Both the position numbers and the translations under genes were made by a program. DNA of 64,000 bases. It comes from Candidatus Bipolaricaulota bacterium. Its GTDB lineage: Bacteria; Bipolaricaulota; Bipolaricaulia; Bipolaricaulales; Bipolaricaulaceae. Below, piece after piece: positions 32,094-41,505 of the stretch; positions within the stretch are counted from its first letter, which is position 1, and each line of letters opens with the position of its first letter. Under the pieces are notes generated by a model. The model saw only the letters and a program-made list of their open reading frames with translations, was not told the origin of the DNA and searched no databases. The stretch is taken from assembly GCA_025060555.1 (NCBI GenBank), contig JANXBC010000001.1:8904-72903 (forward strand), read 5' to 3'.

Positions 32094-34175
32094 TTGCGCT
32101 ACCTCTTCCTGGCCCTTCTCCTTTGGGTCTCTTTTAGCATAGGCCAAGAGATTTCTTTATTCCCTGGCGAGCCTGCCCAACTAGGAAGTTGGGCCCAAGT
32201 GGCCCAGGCGCTGCGGCTATACCCAACCTCACCCCGCCCCGTGATCTATGAGGGCCCAACCCTCCTCAACCGCCTCTTTGGGGAAATCGTCCTGGGGGAG
32301 GGGAGATACACCATTTTGCTAGGCGTAAGCCCGCAGAACGAGGTAGGGCTTTGGGTGGATTTCGACGAGGATAGCCGCCTTTCCGCAGGGGAGAGGGCAC
32401 AGGGAACAAAAGTGACTGGGGGGATAGCATGGTCTTTCTCGCTGCAAGCTAAACCTAAAGGCGCAGCGCCCTATGCTTACTCGTTACAGGTCCTTTGGCC
32501 CGAAGGCCGAGGTTATGTGTTCCTGGTCGGCGGTGCTCCCAGAACCGGTTTCTTTCAAGATCGGCGGGTGGTCGCGATTGACGGCGATCTGGATGGAGTA
32601 TTCGGCACAAAAGGAGACTTTTTCGGAATAGATGTGGATGGGGATGGAAAGATTTACGCTGAAGCCGACGGACATGAGCGTTTTTCGCTCGCAGAGGCGT
32701 TCACCATCGGCACGGAAAGCTTCAAGCTTACAGAGATTTCTGGCGATGGCTTAAGAGCCCGCGTGGAACCCACAAGTTACGTTTCCCCAAAGGTTCCGCT
32801 TATTCCCGGCTCCCCCGCCCCGAACTTTTTCTTCCGCGACTTCTTAACAGGCCAAGAGCTCTCTTTGCGTGACCTCCGAGGGAGGGTGGTTTTACTCGAT
32901 TTTTGGGCCACCTGGTGTCCACCCTGCATGGCCAGCCTCCCCGAGGTGAAGAAAGTTTATGAAGAGTTCCACACCCAAGGGTTTGAAATTGTCGGCATAA
33001 GTTTGGACGAAAGTCGCGAGGATCTGGAGCGGATTCTCAAGGATTACGGAATTTCATGGCTCGTGGCTTTTGAGGGAAAACGTTGGGATAACGCCTTAGC
33101 CAATCTCTACCGCGTTTCCCAAATCCCCACCACGTATCTTCTCGACAAAGCAGGAACAATTCGTTTCCGCAACATGGAGGGGGAAGAACTCCGTAAAGCC
33201 GTCGTCGAACTTATCGGTGAGGGGATAGAGGAAACAAGCAATGCGCAAGTTTCCACGCTGCCCACGTTGCCCGCCAAGGCTGAACCCATCCTCGAGGTTC
33301 ACCTGCCCACGGAGATTGGTCTTCCTGCTGGCGAAGAAACAGCAATTCCTGTACGGATCGCGAATATCTCTCCTTATCTTGCGGAAGAAATCAATTTTGC
33401 CGTTGAAGAGTTGCCAGCGGGGGTTGAGTTGCACCTGCCCGCGCCTTTTGCTCTTCCAGCCTTTGGTGAGCGCACCGTAACCATAACTTTTTTTGTTCAG
33501 CCTGGTGCCCCGAATGTCTTTCCGACCCCAATTAAATTGCGCTTAGATTACCACTACTGCATCGCGGAAGCTTGTTTTCAAATGACGCAAGAAGCGGTGA
33601 CCACCTTAGTCCTAGGAAAGACCACCACCCGGGGTCTACGTGTGCCGTGGTGGTTGCTCCTGCTATTGGCTGCTGGTGTTTTCATTTCTTGGTTCCTTTG
33701 GGGAAAGGGGCTTGTTGGGCTTTCCTTTTTCCTTTTCGCGATCGCCCTCGCTGCGATGGGATTCGGGGTATATTTAGGTCAGGCTCGCCAGGCTCAACGC
33801 ATCGCGCAAGTCCTATGCACATCGTGCGTGGGCCTCGCAGAGGCTCATCCCGCGCAGGATGGGCTTTCCCCAGAGCTTCGGCAAGCTTTTTCCTCTCTCA
33901 CCAAATCTGGGCATCTTTTGCTCTTCTATACCGAATGGTGTCGCGCCTGCCCGTACGCCAAGAACCTTTTGGCGGAGATCGCCTCCATCAATCCCCGCAT
34001 CTTTGTGGAACTAGTGGATGCAGATTTGGAGCGGGAGAGGGCTGAAGCCGCAGGTGTGATCCACCACGGAAAGGCCGTCGTCCCCGCGGTGTTAGTTGTG
34101 GAAACGCAAAAGGTGTTGTTTGGTACAGAAGGCTTGCCCACGCGGCTGCTTGCGGCACTGAGGGAGATTCCATGA
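32094..34175 (+). CDS. Multidomain thiol-disulfide oxidoreductase: signal peptide, FG-GAP-like region, TlpA/ResA thioredoxin domain, DsbD-N-like/Ig domain, 2 TM helices, second thioredoxin-like domain
   Basis: DFWATWCPPCMASLPE (TlpA CxxC), LRLDYHYCIAEACFQ, hydrophobic WWLLLLLAAGVFISWF and LSFFLFAIALAAMGFGVYL, C-terminal LLFYTEWCRACPYAK. Confidence 0.8.
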   Translation: MRYLFLALLLWVSFSIGQEISLFPGEPAQLGSWAQVAQALRLYPTSPRPVIYEGPTLLNRLFGEIVLGEGRYTILLGVSPQNEVGLWVDFDEDSRLSAGERAQGTKVTGGIAWSFSLQAKPKGAAPYAYSLQVLWPEGRGYVFLVGGAPRTGFFQDRRVVAIDGDLDGVFGTKGDFFGIDVDGDGKIYAEADGHERFSLAEAFTIGTESFKLTEISGDGLRARVEPTSYVSPKVPLIPGSPAPNFFFRDFLTGQELSLRDLRGRVVLLDFWATWCPPCMASLPEVKKVYEEFHTQGFEIVGISLDESREDLERILKDYGISWLVAFEGKRWDNALANLYRVSQIPTTYLLDKAGTIRFRNMEGEELRKAVVELIGEGIEETSNAQVSTLPTLPAKAEPILEVHLPTEIGLPAGEETAIPVRIANISPYLAEEINFAVEELPAGVELHLPAPFALPAFGERTVTITFFVQPGAPNVFPTPIKLRLDYHYCIAEACFQMTQEAVTTLVLGKTTTRGLRVPWWLLLLLAAGVFISWFLWGKGLVGLSFFLFAIALAAMGFGVYLGQARQAQRIAQVLCTSCVGLAEAHPAQDGLSPELRQAFSSLTKSGHLLLFYTEWCRACPYAKNLLAEIASINPRIFVELVDADLERERAEAAGVIHHGKAVVPAVLVVETQKVLFGTEGLPTRLLAALREIP

Positions 34176-35002
34176 GGCTACGGTATTTGCGCCGGGGATC
34201 CCAAGGGCTGGGAATCCTCTTTGGAATCCTTGGAGTAACCGGGATTGGCATGACCCATGTGATCTTCCCTGGGCTTCACTGTTACGCCTGCCCTCTTTCC
34301 GTCACGATCTGCCCTGTCGGGCTTTTGCAAAACCTCGTGATCGCCGGAGCAGCCCCCCTTTACCTTTTCGGCGTTTTAGGCGTATACGGTATGGTACTGG
34401 GGCGCGGTTGGTGTGGATGGTTCTGTCCGTTTGGTACGGTCAATGACCTTTTTGCTTGGCGTAAAGTCCGTTTTCCCCGAGTTTTTTCACCTCTGAAATT
34501 TCTTGTTCTTCTGGGCACAGTAATTGCGGCGTGGCGACTGGCAGACACTTGGTTTTGCAAGCTCTGCCCCGCTGCTTCCCTCACGGCGTCATTGCCGTAT
34601 TTCGGCTTGGGTTTGGCTGAGCTCAACACTCCTTTTCTTCTCCACATGGGAACTCTGGCCGGAAGCCTTCTGGGAATGGTAGTTGTGGCCAGGTTCTGGT
34701 GTCGGTATTTGTGTCCAATGGGGGCCATCCTCGCTTTTTTCAACCGCGCCAGCTTCTTTGGCCTTCGGCTCAGCCAAGAAAAGTGCACGCGGTGTGGGCT
34801 ATGTAAAGCTGCTTGTCCAATGGGAATCGAACCGCATCGGGAGGGGAACTCCACAAACTGCATAAAATGTGGGGAGTGCGTGATTGCGTGCCCACATGCC
34901 GCCTTGACTTTGGGTTTTTCTTCCCCGGGAGCACGAGGATATGCTACGCTACGTCTTCCTTGGCCTGGTGCAAGGTCTGACCGAGTTCCTCCCAGTAAGT
35001 AG
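34172..35002 (+). CDS. Membrane 4Fe-4S ferredoxin-type protein (NapH/MauN/NosR-like)
   Basis: WCGWFCPFG and WCRYLCPMG membrane CxxCP motifs, plus CTRCGLCKAACP and CIKCGECVIACP clusters. Shares a 4-nt overlap with the upstream gene. Confidence 0.8.
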   Translation: MRLRYLRRGSQGLGILFGILGVTGIGMTHVIFPGLHCYACPLSVTICPVGLLQNLVIAGAAPLYLFGVLGVYGMVLGRGWCGWFCPFGTVNDLFAWRKVRFPRVFSPLKFLVLLGTVIAAWRLADTWFCKLCPAASLTASLPYFGLGLAELNTPFLLHMGTLAGSLLGMVVVARFWCRYLCPMGAILAFFNRASFFGLRLSQEKCTRCGLCKAACPMGIEPHREGNSTNCIKCGECVIACPHAALTLGFSSPGARGYATLRLPWPGARSDRVPPSK

Positions 35003-35699
35003 TTCAGCGCACATCCTGTTGGTCCAGAAATGGCTGGGGTTAGAGGAACCGGGCACACTACTTGTGGCCTTCCTCCATTTGGGCACGCTTCTTGCCCTCG
35101 CAGCTTGGTTTTGTCGGGATCTCCTTTGGTTATCCCAAGCCCTAAGACCCCAGGGACGGCCGGCGCGCGCGTATTTATTGCGCTTAGCGGTCGGCTTGTT
35201 CCCTCTTTTCCTTGCCTACCTGGTTTTACGTGGAAAGCTAGGACAAGTTTTTTCCAACCCTAGGCTCGCAGCATGCCTTCTTTTTGTGACGGCGGGGCTC
35301 CTTTTCCTCGCGGACCGTGTACGGCAGGGAAGCGTCCGTTTTCCCACTTATCTGCAGGCCGGAGCAATCGGCCTGGCACAAGCTTTAGCAGTGCTACCGG
35401 GCATTTCTCGAGCAGGAGCCACGGTGGCCACCGGAATTTTCTTTGGCCTTGCCTACGAAGAAGCGTTTCGTTTTTCCTTCCTTTTGGGAATCCCCACGCT
35501 CTTGGGAGCGGCTATTTTTGCGCTCCTGGAGCGTGGAAGTCCCGAAAGCTGGTTGGGATTATTGCTTGGCACTTCTTCTGCCTTTCTTTCCGGTGTTGTG
35601 AGTCTCAGCGTTTTTCGGCTTGCTCTCTCCCGCCGAAAACTTTGGCCATTTGGCCTCTACTGCCTCCTTTTGGGAACTGTCGGCCTGATCCTCATTTGA
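34941..35699 (+). CDS. uppP: Undecaprenyl-diphosphate phosphatase
   Basis: GLTEFLPVSSSAHILL and PGISRAGAT motifs. 252 aa, polytopic. Confidence 0.9.
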   Translation: MLRYVFLGLVQGLTEFLPVSSSAHILLVQKWLGLEEPGTLLVAFLHLGTLLALAAWFCRDLLWLSQALRPQGRPARAYLLRLAVGLFPLFLAYLVLRGKLGQVFSNPRLAACLLFVTAGLLFLADRVRQGSVRFPTYLQAGAIGLAQALAVLPGISRAGATVATGIFFGLAYEEAFRFSFLLGIPTLLGAAIFALLERGSPESWLGLLLGTSSAFLSGVVSLSVFRLALSRRKLWPFGLYCLLLGTVGLILI

Positions 35700-35810
35700 T
35701 CTGAGAGACGAGTGTCCCACAAACCAGGCCGCCACTGGTCGTCCACATAACCCCCAACTCCCTTGGATACGCCCCAGCTTACCTTCTTGTGCGTGCGCGG
35801 AGGCGGCACA

Positions 35811-36734
35811 GTGCGTATGGTTATGCGTACGGCCGGCATCCTCTTAGGTCTTGTCTTTAGCATCCTCGGCAGCGGAAGCGAGTTTTTTGCTAATGGTCGG
35901 CCAGACTCCTCCGGATGGGTATGGCTTCGGATGGGCAATGGTCTAGCTCAATGGCAATTCTATGATATTGCTTGGGAAGGACAATTCCTCAATGTGGAAC
36001 TTGTTTTGCAAACGCGCGGTTGGCAAATACCGCCACCCATTTCCCTTACCATCGCCCTTCAGTTCTCTACTTTCGGCGCGTCGCTAACGCGACGTGTTTG
36101 CCTTCAGCGCGTAGCCGAGGCCTCTGGGGTCATCCAATATTTTGGGCAAGTCGTCATCGCCCGACGGGACTTGAAATTTGGTTCATATCTGTGTATTCAG
36201 CTCTCAGAGGCCCCTCTTGGGGTGGAAGTTGGAGTCCATCCCTCTTCTTTACGCATCTTGGGAGAACATACGGGTTACTTAGGGCAAGGAAGCGCGGGCG
36301 GGGTAGGGGGGCCTTTGGTTGCCTCCCCACCTAAGGATGGGGGCAAAGGAGAGGCAGTGGTCTTTCCTGCGGCAAGCACGGTTGAGAGGAAGCTTCGGGA
36401 ATGCGTGGGGATGGAAGATGCCCCCTATGTGAGTCCCGGAAGGTATTTGGGTGAGCTTGGCTGGCCGGGCCCGGGCTCTAGTGTGGACTGTCGGGACTGG
36501 TTGCGCGTGAACCTCAATACCGGACACGTTCTGGAAGTATTGATAAATACCCCAAGAACTGTGAACCTGTGGCTTCTCAATCCGTGGGGGCAAGAGGTGG
36601 GGCGGGTAAGCGGTTTTGGGAAGATCGGGCTCACCTACCAAGCCACGGCCCGGGGCGTCTATTGGGTATGCATTTCCGTAACCGAGAGCCCCCCTTCTTT
36701 TACTTACACCCTCGACCTTTCCATCCACCGTTAA
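35811..36734 (+). CDS. Secreted hypothetical protein with a C-terminal pre-peptidase C-terminal (PPC)-like domain
   Basis: GTG at 35811 lies 7 nt after GGAGG. Signal-like RTAGILLGLVFSILGSG. The C-terminal pattern D.RDWLRVNL..GHVLEV...NLWLLNPWGQEV...GVYWVCISV is PPC-like. Confidence 0.6.
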   Translation: MRMVMRTAGILLGLVFSILGSGSEFFANGRPDSSGWVWLRMGNGLAQWQFYDIAWEGQFLNVELVLQTRGWQIPPPISLTIALQFSTFGASLTRRVCLQRVAEASGVIQYFGQVVIARRDLKFGSYLCIQLSEAPLGVEVGVHPSSLRILGEHTGYLGQGSAGGVGGPLVASPPKDGGKGEAVVFPAASTVERKLRECVGMEDAPYVSPGRYLGELGWPGPGSSVDCRDWLRVNLNTGHVLEVLINTPRTVNLWLLNPWGQEVGRVSGFGKIGLTYQATARGVYWVCISVTESPPSFTYTLDLSIHR

Positions 36735-36743
36735 ACTTGGGAA

Positions 36744-37613
36744 GTGAACCCTGAAGCTCTCCTCTGTTTACTTCCTGAGGGCGTAGAACCTTGGGAAGAC
36801 CTGGTGCGCAGGACTGGGCTTCCATTGCCCACACTTCAAGAAGTTGTTTCTTATCTGCAGAAACAAGGTTTTCCAGTGCTAAAAGAGGAGAAAGGCGCAG
36901 GTATTGCCCCCGGCAGTCTCGCTCCACAACACTTTTTGCCGCGGCTCCGGGGAAAATTCGGTCGCCATTATCGATACCTCGGGGTAGTCAGCAGCACTCA
37001 AGACGTGCTAAGGGAGTGGGCGGGCGCGGCACCTGGCGCAGTGGTTGCTGCGGAACAACAAACGTGTGGGCGCGGCCGCCTGGGCCGCCGTTGGGAAAGC
37101 CCCCCGGGTAACCTTTATTTCTCGGTGCTGCTCACTACTGAAGTGGACTCCCTTCTTCCCTTGCGGGCGGGGGTGGCGCTGCGTGAGGCCGCCTGCGTAG
37201 GGAAGCTGAAGTGGCCCAACGATCTTTTGGCTCCCGATGGGCGAAAACTCGCGGGCATACTCATCGAGCGCTGCGGAGAGCGCGTCCTTTTAGGGGTAGG
37301 AATAAACGTAGAGGTCGCGCCTTTTCCCACGGCCGCAGCATTGAGCGAATTTCGTGAGGTCCATCGCGCCCAACTCTTGGCGGACTTCCTTTGGGCTTTA
37401 GAGGAATGGCTGGCAGAGAAGCCAGAACTTGTCCTCACTACGTGGAAGGAAGCGAACGCCACGCTGGGAAAGCCGTTGCGGGTGCGGGTTGGGGAAAAAG
37501 TGGTGGAGGGGGTAGGGGTAGACATAGGTCCAAGGGGTGAACTTCTCCTCCGCACTTCAGATGGCGTGTGCGCTGTCCATGCTGGGGAAATAGAAACTGT
37601 CAACCCCGGTTGA
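36744..37613 (+). CDS. birA: Biotin-[acetyl-CoA-carboxylase] ligase / BirA-like
   Basis: QTCGRGRLGRRWESPPGNLYFS and KWPNDLL motifs, with an N-terminal HTH-like segment. Confidence 0.88.
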   Translation: MNPEALLCLLPEGVEPWEDLVRRTGLPLPTLQEVVSYLQKQGFPVLKEEKGAGIAPGSLAPQHFLPRLRGKFGRHYRYLGVVSSTQDVLREWAGAAPGAVVAAEQQTCGRGRLGRRWESPPGNLYFSVLLTTEVDSLLPLRAGVALREAACVGKLKWPNDLLAPDGRKLAGILIERCGERVLLGVGINVEVAPFPTAAALSEFREVHRAQLLADFLWALEEWLAEKPELVLTTWKEANATLGKPLRVRVGEKVVEGVGVDIGPRGELLLRTSDGVCAVHAGEIETVNPG

Positions 37614-38049
37614 CAATGTAAAAGATGCCGAGATAGGCCAGGGAGAGGCGCAATGCGGAGGCGCTAGCCATAGCTAGGGCGAAGGCCCAAGGCCGACGGT
37701 TGAACATGGCAAGGACATAGGTCACTACGGTATCTGGAAAGCCCGGGATGAGGAGCAGAAAAAACAGGGCCGGCGCACCCAACCGGTTCACCCACCGCTC
37801 GGTTCGTATAACCCATCTTTGAATGCGCTTGTCTTTTTCCCGCCAAGCTCGCAGTTTCTGCCAGCTTTTGACCTTAGCGCCCAAAAAGAAAAGGAGATAT
37901 GCGCCCAAAGCTCTCCCAGCTGCGGCTACGGTGATGACCGCCCAACCGGGAGCCGTAGCCACCGCTCCCAACACAAGTTCCTGTGGGGTGGGCAAGGCGA
38001 TCACTGTACCCGCAGCGTAGAGGAAGACGAGGAAAAGGGCGAAGGCCAT
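37600..38049 (-). CDS. Small membrane protein, YqaA/DedA (SNARE-associated/VTT) family
   Basis: 149 aa with 4 hydrophobic segments and a family-typical N-terminus (ALPTPQELVL). The assignment is tentative. Confidence 0.55.
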   Translation of the reverse strand: MAFALFLVFLYAAGTVIALPTPQELVLGAVATAPGWAVITVAAAGRALGAYLLFFLGAKVKSWQKLRAWREKDKRIQRWVIRTERWVNRLGAPALFFLLLIPGFPDTVVTYVLAMFNRRPWAFALAMASASALRLSLAYLGIFYIVNRG

Positions 38050-38052
38050 GCC

Positions 38053-38874
38053 TCATCTGCTTGGCTGGCTCACATTCTGGCACCGCGGACAGTAATTGGT
38101 GCGCTGGCCTTCGGCTAAAACCTCCCCAATAGGGGTCCCGCACACACGGCAAGGCGCGCCAGCCCGACCGTGAACATAAAGGAAATCCCTGACCTCTTTG
38201 TCGAACAAATTTCCACCTACGCGTGCCTTTATCTCCCGGATCGCCCAAAGCAACGTGTCCGGAATCGCTCGCCAAAGAGTTTCCAGTTCGGCATCACTCA
38301 GGGTATGAACATAGCGAAACGGGGATATCTTCGCGCGAAACAATATTTCATCAGCGTAGGCATTGCCTATCCCGGCTATTACAGATTGGTCCATAATGAT
38401 TTTTTTGACCATCCGGCGCTTGCCACGTAGGGCCCGGGCAAAACTCTCCAAGGTGAACTCCGCGGACAGCGGCTCAGGCCCCAATTTCTGCAGGGCCTCG
38501 GCTTGCGCGAGGTCTTGTACTAGCCACACCGCCGCGATCTGAACAGTTCCAGGCTCGATGAGGCGGAGGTCCGTCGTGTCATCAAAAGAAATGAACATAG
38601 TTGTAGCTTTGGTCACCTCATAGTGGGACGGGCCATGCCAAAGCCAAGCGTAGCGCATGAGATGAACGATAAGATAAACGTTGTCAAAATGGAAAAGCAA
38701 ATGCTTGCCGCGGCGAGTGAGGTCGCGGAGACTTTGCCCACGGATAGGCGACAAATCTTGCGGGCCAACCTGGACCAGGCTTGGCCGACGCACTCCCACG
38801 GAGAGAACCGCCCGGCCAAGGAGCCGGGCGGCCAAATTCTCCCTAATTACCTCAAGGTCCGGAAGTTCCGGCAC
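38053..38874 (-). CDS. mutM: Formamidopyrimidine-DNA glycosylase / endonuclease VIII family
   Basis: N-terminal MPELPDLE catalytic Pro, an H2TH region, and a C-terminal Zn finger CRVCGTPI...YCPRCQ. Confidence 0.9.
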   Translation of the reverse strand: MPELPDLEVIRENLAARLLGRAVLSVGVRRPSLVQVGPQDLSPIRGQSLRDLTRRGKHLLFHFDNVYLIVHLMRYAWLWHGPSHYEVTKATTMFISFDDTTDLRLIEPGTVQIAAVWLVQDLAQAEALQKLGPEPLSAEFTLESFARALRGKRRMVKKIIMDQSVIAGIGNAYADEILFRAKISPFRYVHTLSDAELETLWRAIPDTLLWAIREIKARVGGNLFDKEVRDFLYVHGRAGAPCRVCGTPIGEVLAEGQRTNYCPRCQNVSQPSR

Positions 38875-39474
38875 TTATGGTTCGCCCACACCTAGATAGA
38901 TCGTCACCCCGCATGGCCCTACACACGAGGGCGCACACGGGGCCACGCATGTTGGGCAGCGGTATAGCTTTATGTAGGGCGAGCACCAGGAAACCGCGCA
39001 AGGCTTAGAAGAAAGGCCCCAACAACCGAAGAAGAAAAATGGGAAGCAACAAGAGCACGGCTGGCAACACTCAGACTTGGCCACAATCTTCACGGTGTTC
39101 TGGTATTCGCCGGTAGTGGTCACGACGATGATCTTGTAATAGCCCGGCGCAACGGGATTGCCTAGCGTATCCACTTGCTTCCACACCCATTTTCCCGGTG
39201 CCACCGGAGCAGGGAAAATCTCTTGGTACACGACGTTTCCATCCTGGGTTACCACGCGCCAGCCTGTCACCTGGAGCTTGAGATCACAACAGGAACAACA
39301 AAAGTACCAAGGGACAACAAGCTCAAAGCAGATCTCCTCGCCCTGCCAAAAAGCCGTATAGCATGAGGGTTCCGTAGCGGGCGCGGCACAGGAAGTACAC
39401 GACTGTCCGGCGGCCAAAAGCCCGAATACCCCTATCCCTAAAATCAACGCCACCGCTCTCTTCATGCCCAGCAC
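38875..39474 (-). CDS. Cys-rich secreted hypothetical protein with a central FlgD-Ig-like domain
   Basis: Signal peptide MKRAVALILGIGVFGLLAAG. About 21 Cys in 199 aa (CCSCC, CCQPCSCC, CPTCVAPCAPSCVGPC). Middle segment W.W..VD..GNPVAPGYYKIIV. Its stop abuts the mutM start. Confidence 0.75.
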   Translation of the reverse strand: MLGMKRAVALILGIGVFGLLAAGQSCTSCAAPATEPSCYTAFWQGEEICFELVVPWYFCCSCCDLKLQVTGWRVVTQDGNVVYQEIFPAPVAPGKWVWKQVDTLGNPVAPGYYKIIVVTTTGEYQNTVKIVAKSECCQPCSCCFPFFFFGCWGLSSKPCAVSWCSPYIKLYRCPTCVAPCAPSCVGPCGVTIYLGVGEP

Positions 39475-39565
39475 CTCCTCACCCTAGTTTTACACCCCAA
39501 AACATCCGCGAGTTTCATACCGAACACATGCTATGCAAGAAAGGGCCAAGGTCAAGTAGCGCGCA

Positions 39566-40537
39566 TTACATAAGCCAGGCCTCGGGATTGACCAACGTAG
39601 GGGGACGCTCCCCCCGAAAGAAAGCCAACACGTTGTCCACCGCGAGTGCAGCCATGCGCCGCCGCGTGGTCCAGGTGGCTGAGCCAATATGCGGGGTAAG
39701 CACAACATTGGGTAACAGGAGAAGGTCGGGATGAACCTGAGGCTCGTGTTCGAACACATCTAGGCCAGCGCCGAGGATCCGTCCCTCTTTTAGGGCCCGT
39801 GCCAATGCTTCTTCGTCCACTACTGGCCCACGCGCAATGTTCACTAAAATCGCATCCCGCTTCATGAAAGAAAGCTCGCGCTCACCGATGAGGTGACGAG
39901 TATCAGAGGTGAGTGGCACACAAAGGACGACGAAGTCGCTTGCCGAAAGGAGTTCAGCGAGGGGGGTAAAACGGGCGCCCAGTTCCTCTTCAACCTCCGG
40001 TTTAGGTGTTCGCGCGTGGTAAAGAACGGTCATGCCAAAACCTTTAGCCCTCCGGGCAATAGCCTGCCCAATCCGGCCAAATCCGATGATTCCCATGGTC
40101 TTTCCGTACACATCCACCCCGAGGTGCTTGGAGATGAAGGTCCAACCGAGGAAACCCTCACGGCGCAAATCCTGATCAGCTTCAACAATGCGCCGAGCCA
40201 CCGCCAAAAGCAGAGCCCAGGCGAGATCAGCTGTGGCTTCTGTAAGCACGTCCGGGGTGTTCGTTACCAGTATTTTTCTGCGCGTAGCCGCAGCTACATC
40301 AATATTATCCACTCCTACTCCGAGGTTGGCGATGATCTTAAGCGCGGCAAGCCGGGCAATGGTGTCCACGTCAATGCGTAGCGAGAGGGGGATGACGAGT
40401 GCTTCCGCATCGCTTGCGTACTTCACCACCGCGGCCTTATCCCCTCCCTCCTCATGAACGGTCACCAAGTGACCGGCGGCGCAGAGGCGCGCTACCTCTT
40501 CGGGGAAGAACTTCGTCATAATCGCCACTTTGCTCAT
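39566..40537 (-). CDS. D-isomer-specific 2-hydroxyacid dehydrogenase (glyoxylate/hydroxypyruvate reductase-like)
   Basis: GIIGFGRIGQAIARRA NAD-binding motif, ARGPVVDE and TPHIGSAT catalytic region. Confidence 0.88.
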   Translation of the reverse strand: MSKVAIMTKFFPEEVARLCAAGHLVTVHEEGGDKAAVVKYASDAEALVIPLSLRIDVDTIARLAALKIIANLGVGVDNIDVAAATRRKILVTNTPDVLTEATADLAWALLLAVARRIVEADQDLRREGFLGWTFISKHLGVDVYGKTMGIIGFGRIGQAIARRAKGFGMTVLYHARTPKPEVEEELGARFTPLAELLSASDFVVLCVPLTSDTRHLIGERELSFMKRDAILVNIARGPVVDEEALARALKEGRILGAGLDVFEHEPQVHPDLLLLPNVVLTPHIGSATWTTRRRMAALAVDNVLAFFRGERPPTLVNPEAWLM

Positions 40538-40557
40538 CTTGCCTCCTTATCCTGAGT

Positions 40558-41460
40558 CTACCCGCCATAGCGGAGAAGAAAGAGAGTGAGGGATATAGTA
40601 ACCAGGGCAAAGACTGTAGAAAGAAGTAGGACTGCAGCGGCAAAATCGGGTCGGCGCTTATATTGACTAGCCAAAATGTAGGCGTTGACCGCACTTGGAA
40701 CGCTGCCTTCAACCACAAGGGCTTTTCGCACCATAGAGGCTACAGGGACAACGTAGGCTAAGCCCCAAGCAAGGGCGGAAGCCAAGATCAAACGAAGCCA
40801 GGCTGCTAAGACCGCAGGTCTGGCAAGGTTTCGCATGTTTGTGCACGAAAGCTCTAGGCCAAGCACAAGGAGGAATATGGGGATTGCGGCTTGGGAGAGG
40901 AGGGCAGAAGCGCGGGCCAAAACCGCTGGCCACACATGCGTTACTTTCGCAATTAGGGCGAGCAAGATCGCATAAGGCCAAGGTACAGTCAAAATGCCAC
41001 GCAAGAACTCTCCTGGCGTAGGGCGCTCCTCCCAACCAGCGATGCCCACCCCCAAGGTGGCAAGGAGAACAGTGTTTGTGGCCAAGAAAATAACACCAAC
41101 GTCTAGGGTTCCCTGACCGTAAGCAAAAACGAGGATGGGCAGGCCGAAATTTCCGCAATTACCAAAGGTAAGAAGCAGGCTTGTTGCCCGTTGCGCGTTG
41201 CGATCGGTGGGGAAAAGCATGCGTCCCACTGGCAAGGAAAGCAAGAACATCAGCCCGTAGTGGGCAAAAACGAAAAGGGCGACCAAACCAGCCTCCCGCA
41301 TGGGCAGCTGGGCTGTGCGCAAACTCTCAAAGATGAGGGCCGGGGAGAGGATCCAAAAGCTGACCGCCGTAAATGGCTGGGCGGGAATTTTCCCAAAACG
41401 ACCTAAGCAATAGCCAATGCCCATGAGAAGGAGGGTTGGCCCGATGACCTCCGTGATCAC
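40558..41460 (-). CDS. AEC (auxin efflux carrier) family transporter
   Basis: 300 aa, ~10 TM, family-typical N-terminus LLMGIGYCLGRFG. Confidence 0.8.
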   Translation of the reverse strand: MITEVIGPTLLLMGIGYCLGRFGKIPAQPFTAVSFWILSPALIFESLRTAQLPMREAGLVALFVFAHYGLMFLLSLPVGRMLFPTDRNAQRATSLLLTFGNCGNFGLPILVFAYGQGTLDVGVIFLATNTVLLATLGVGIAGWEERPTPGEFLRGILTVPWPYAILLALIAKVTHVWPAVLARASALLSQAAIPIFLLVLGLELSCTNMRNLARPAVLAAWLRLILASALAWGLAYVVPVASMVRKALVVEGSVPSAVNAYILASQYKRRPDFAAAVLLLSTVFALVTISLTLFLLRYGG

Positions 41461-41505
41461 AGGTCAAGCCTACACGGCGGGCGTGGACTTTTACAATTCG
41501 GACTG

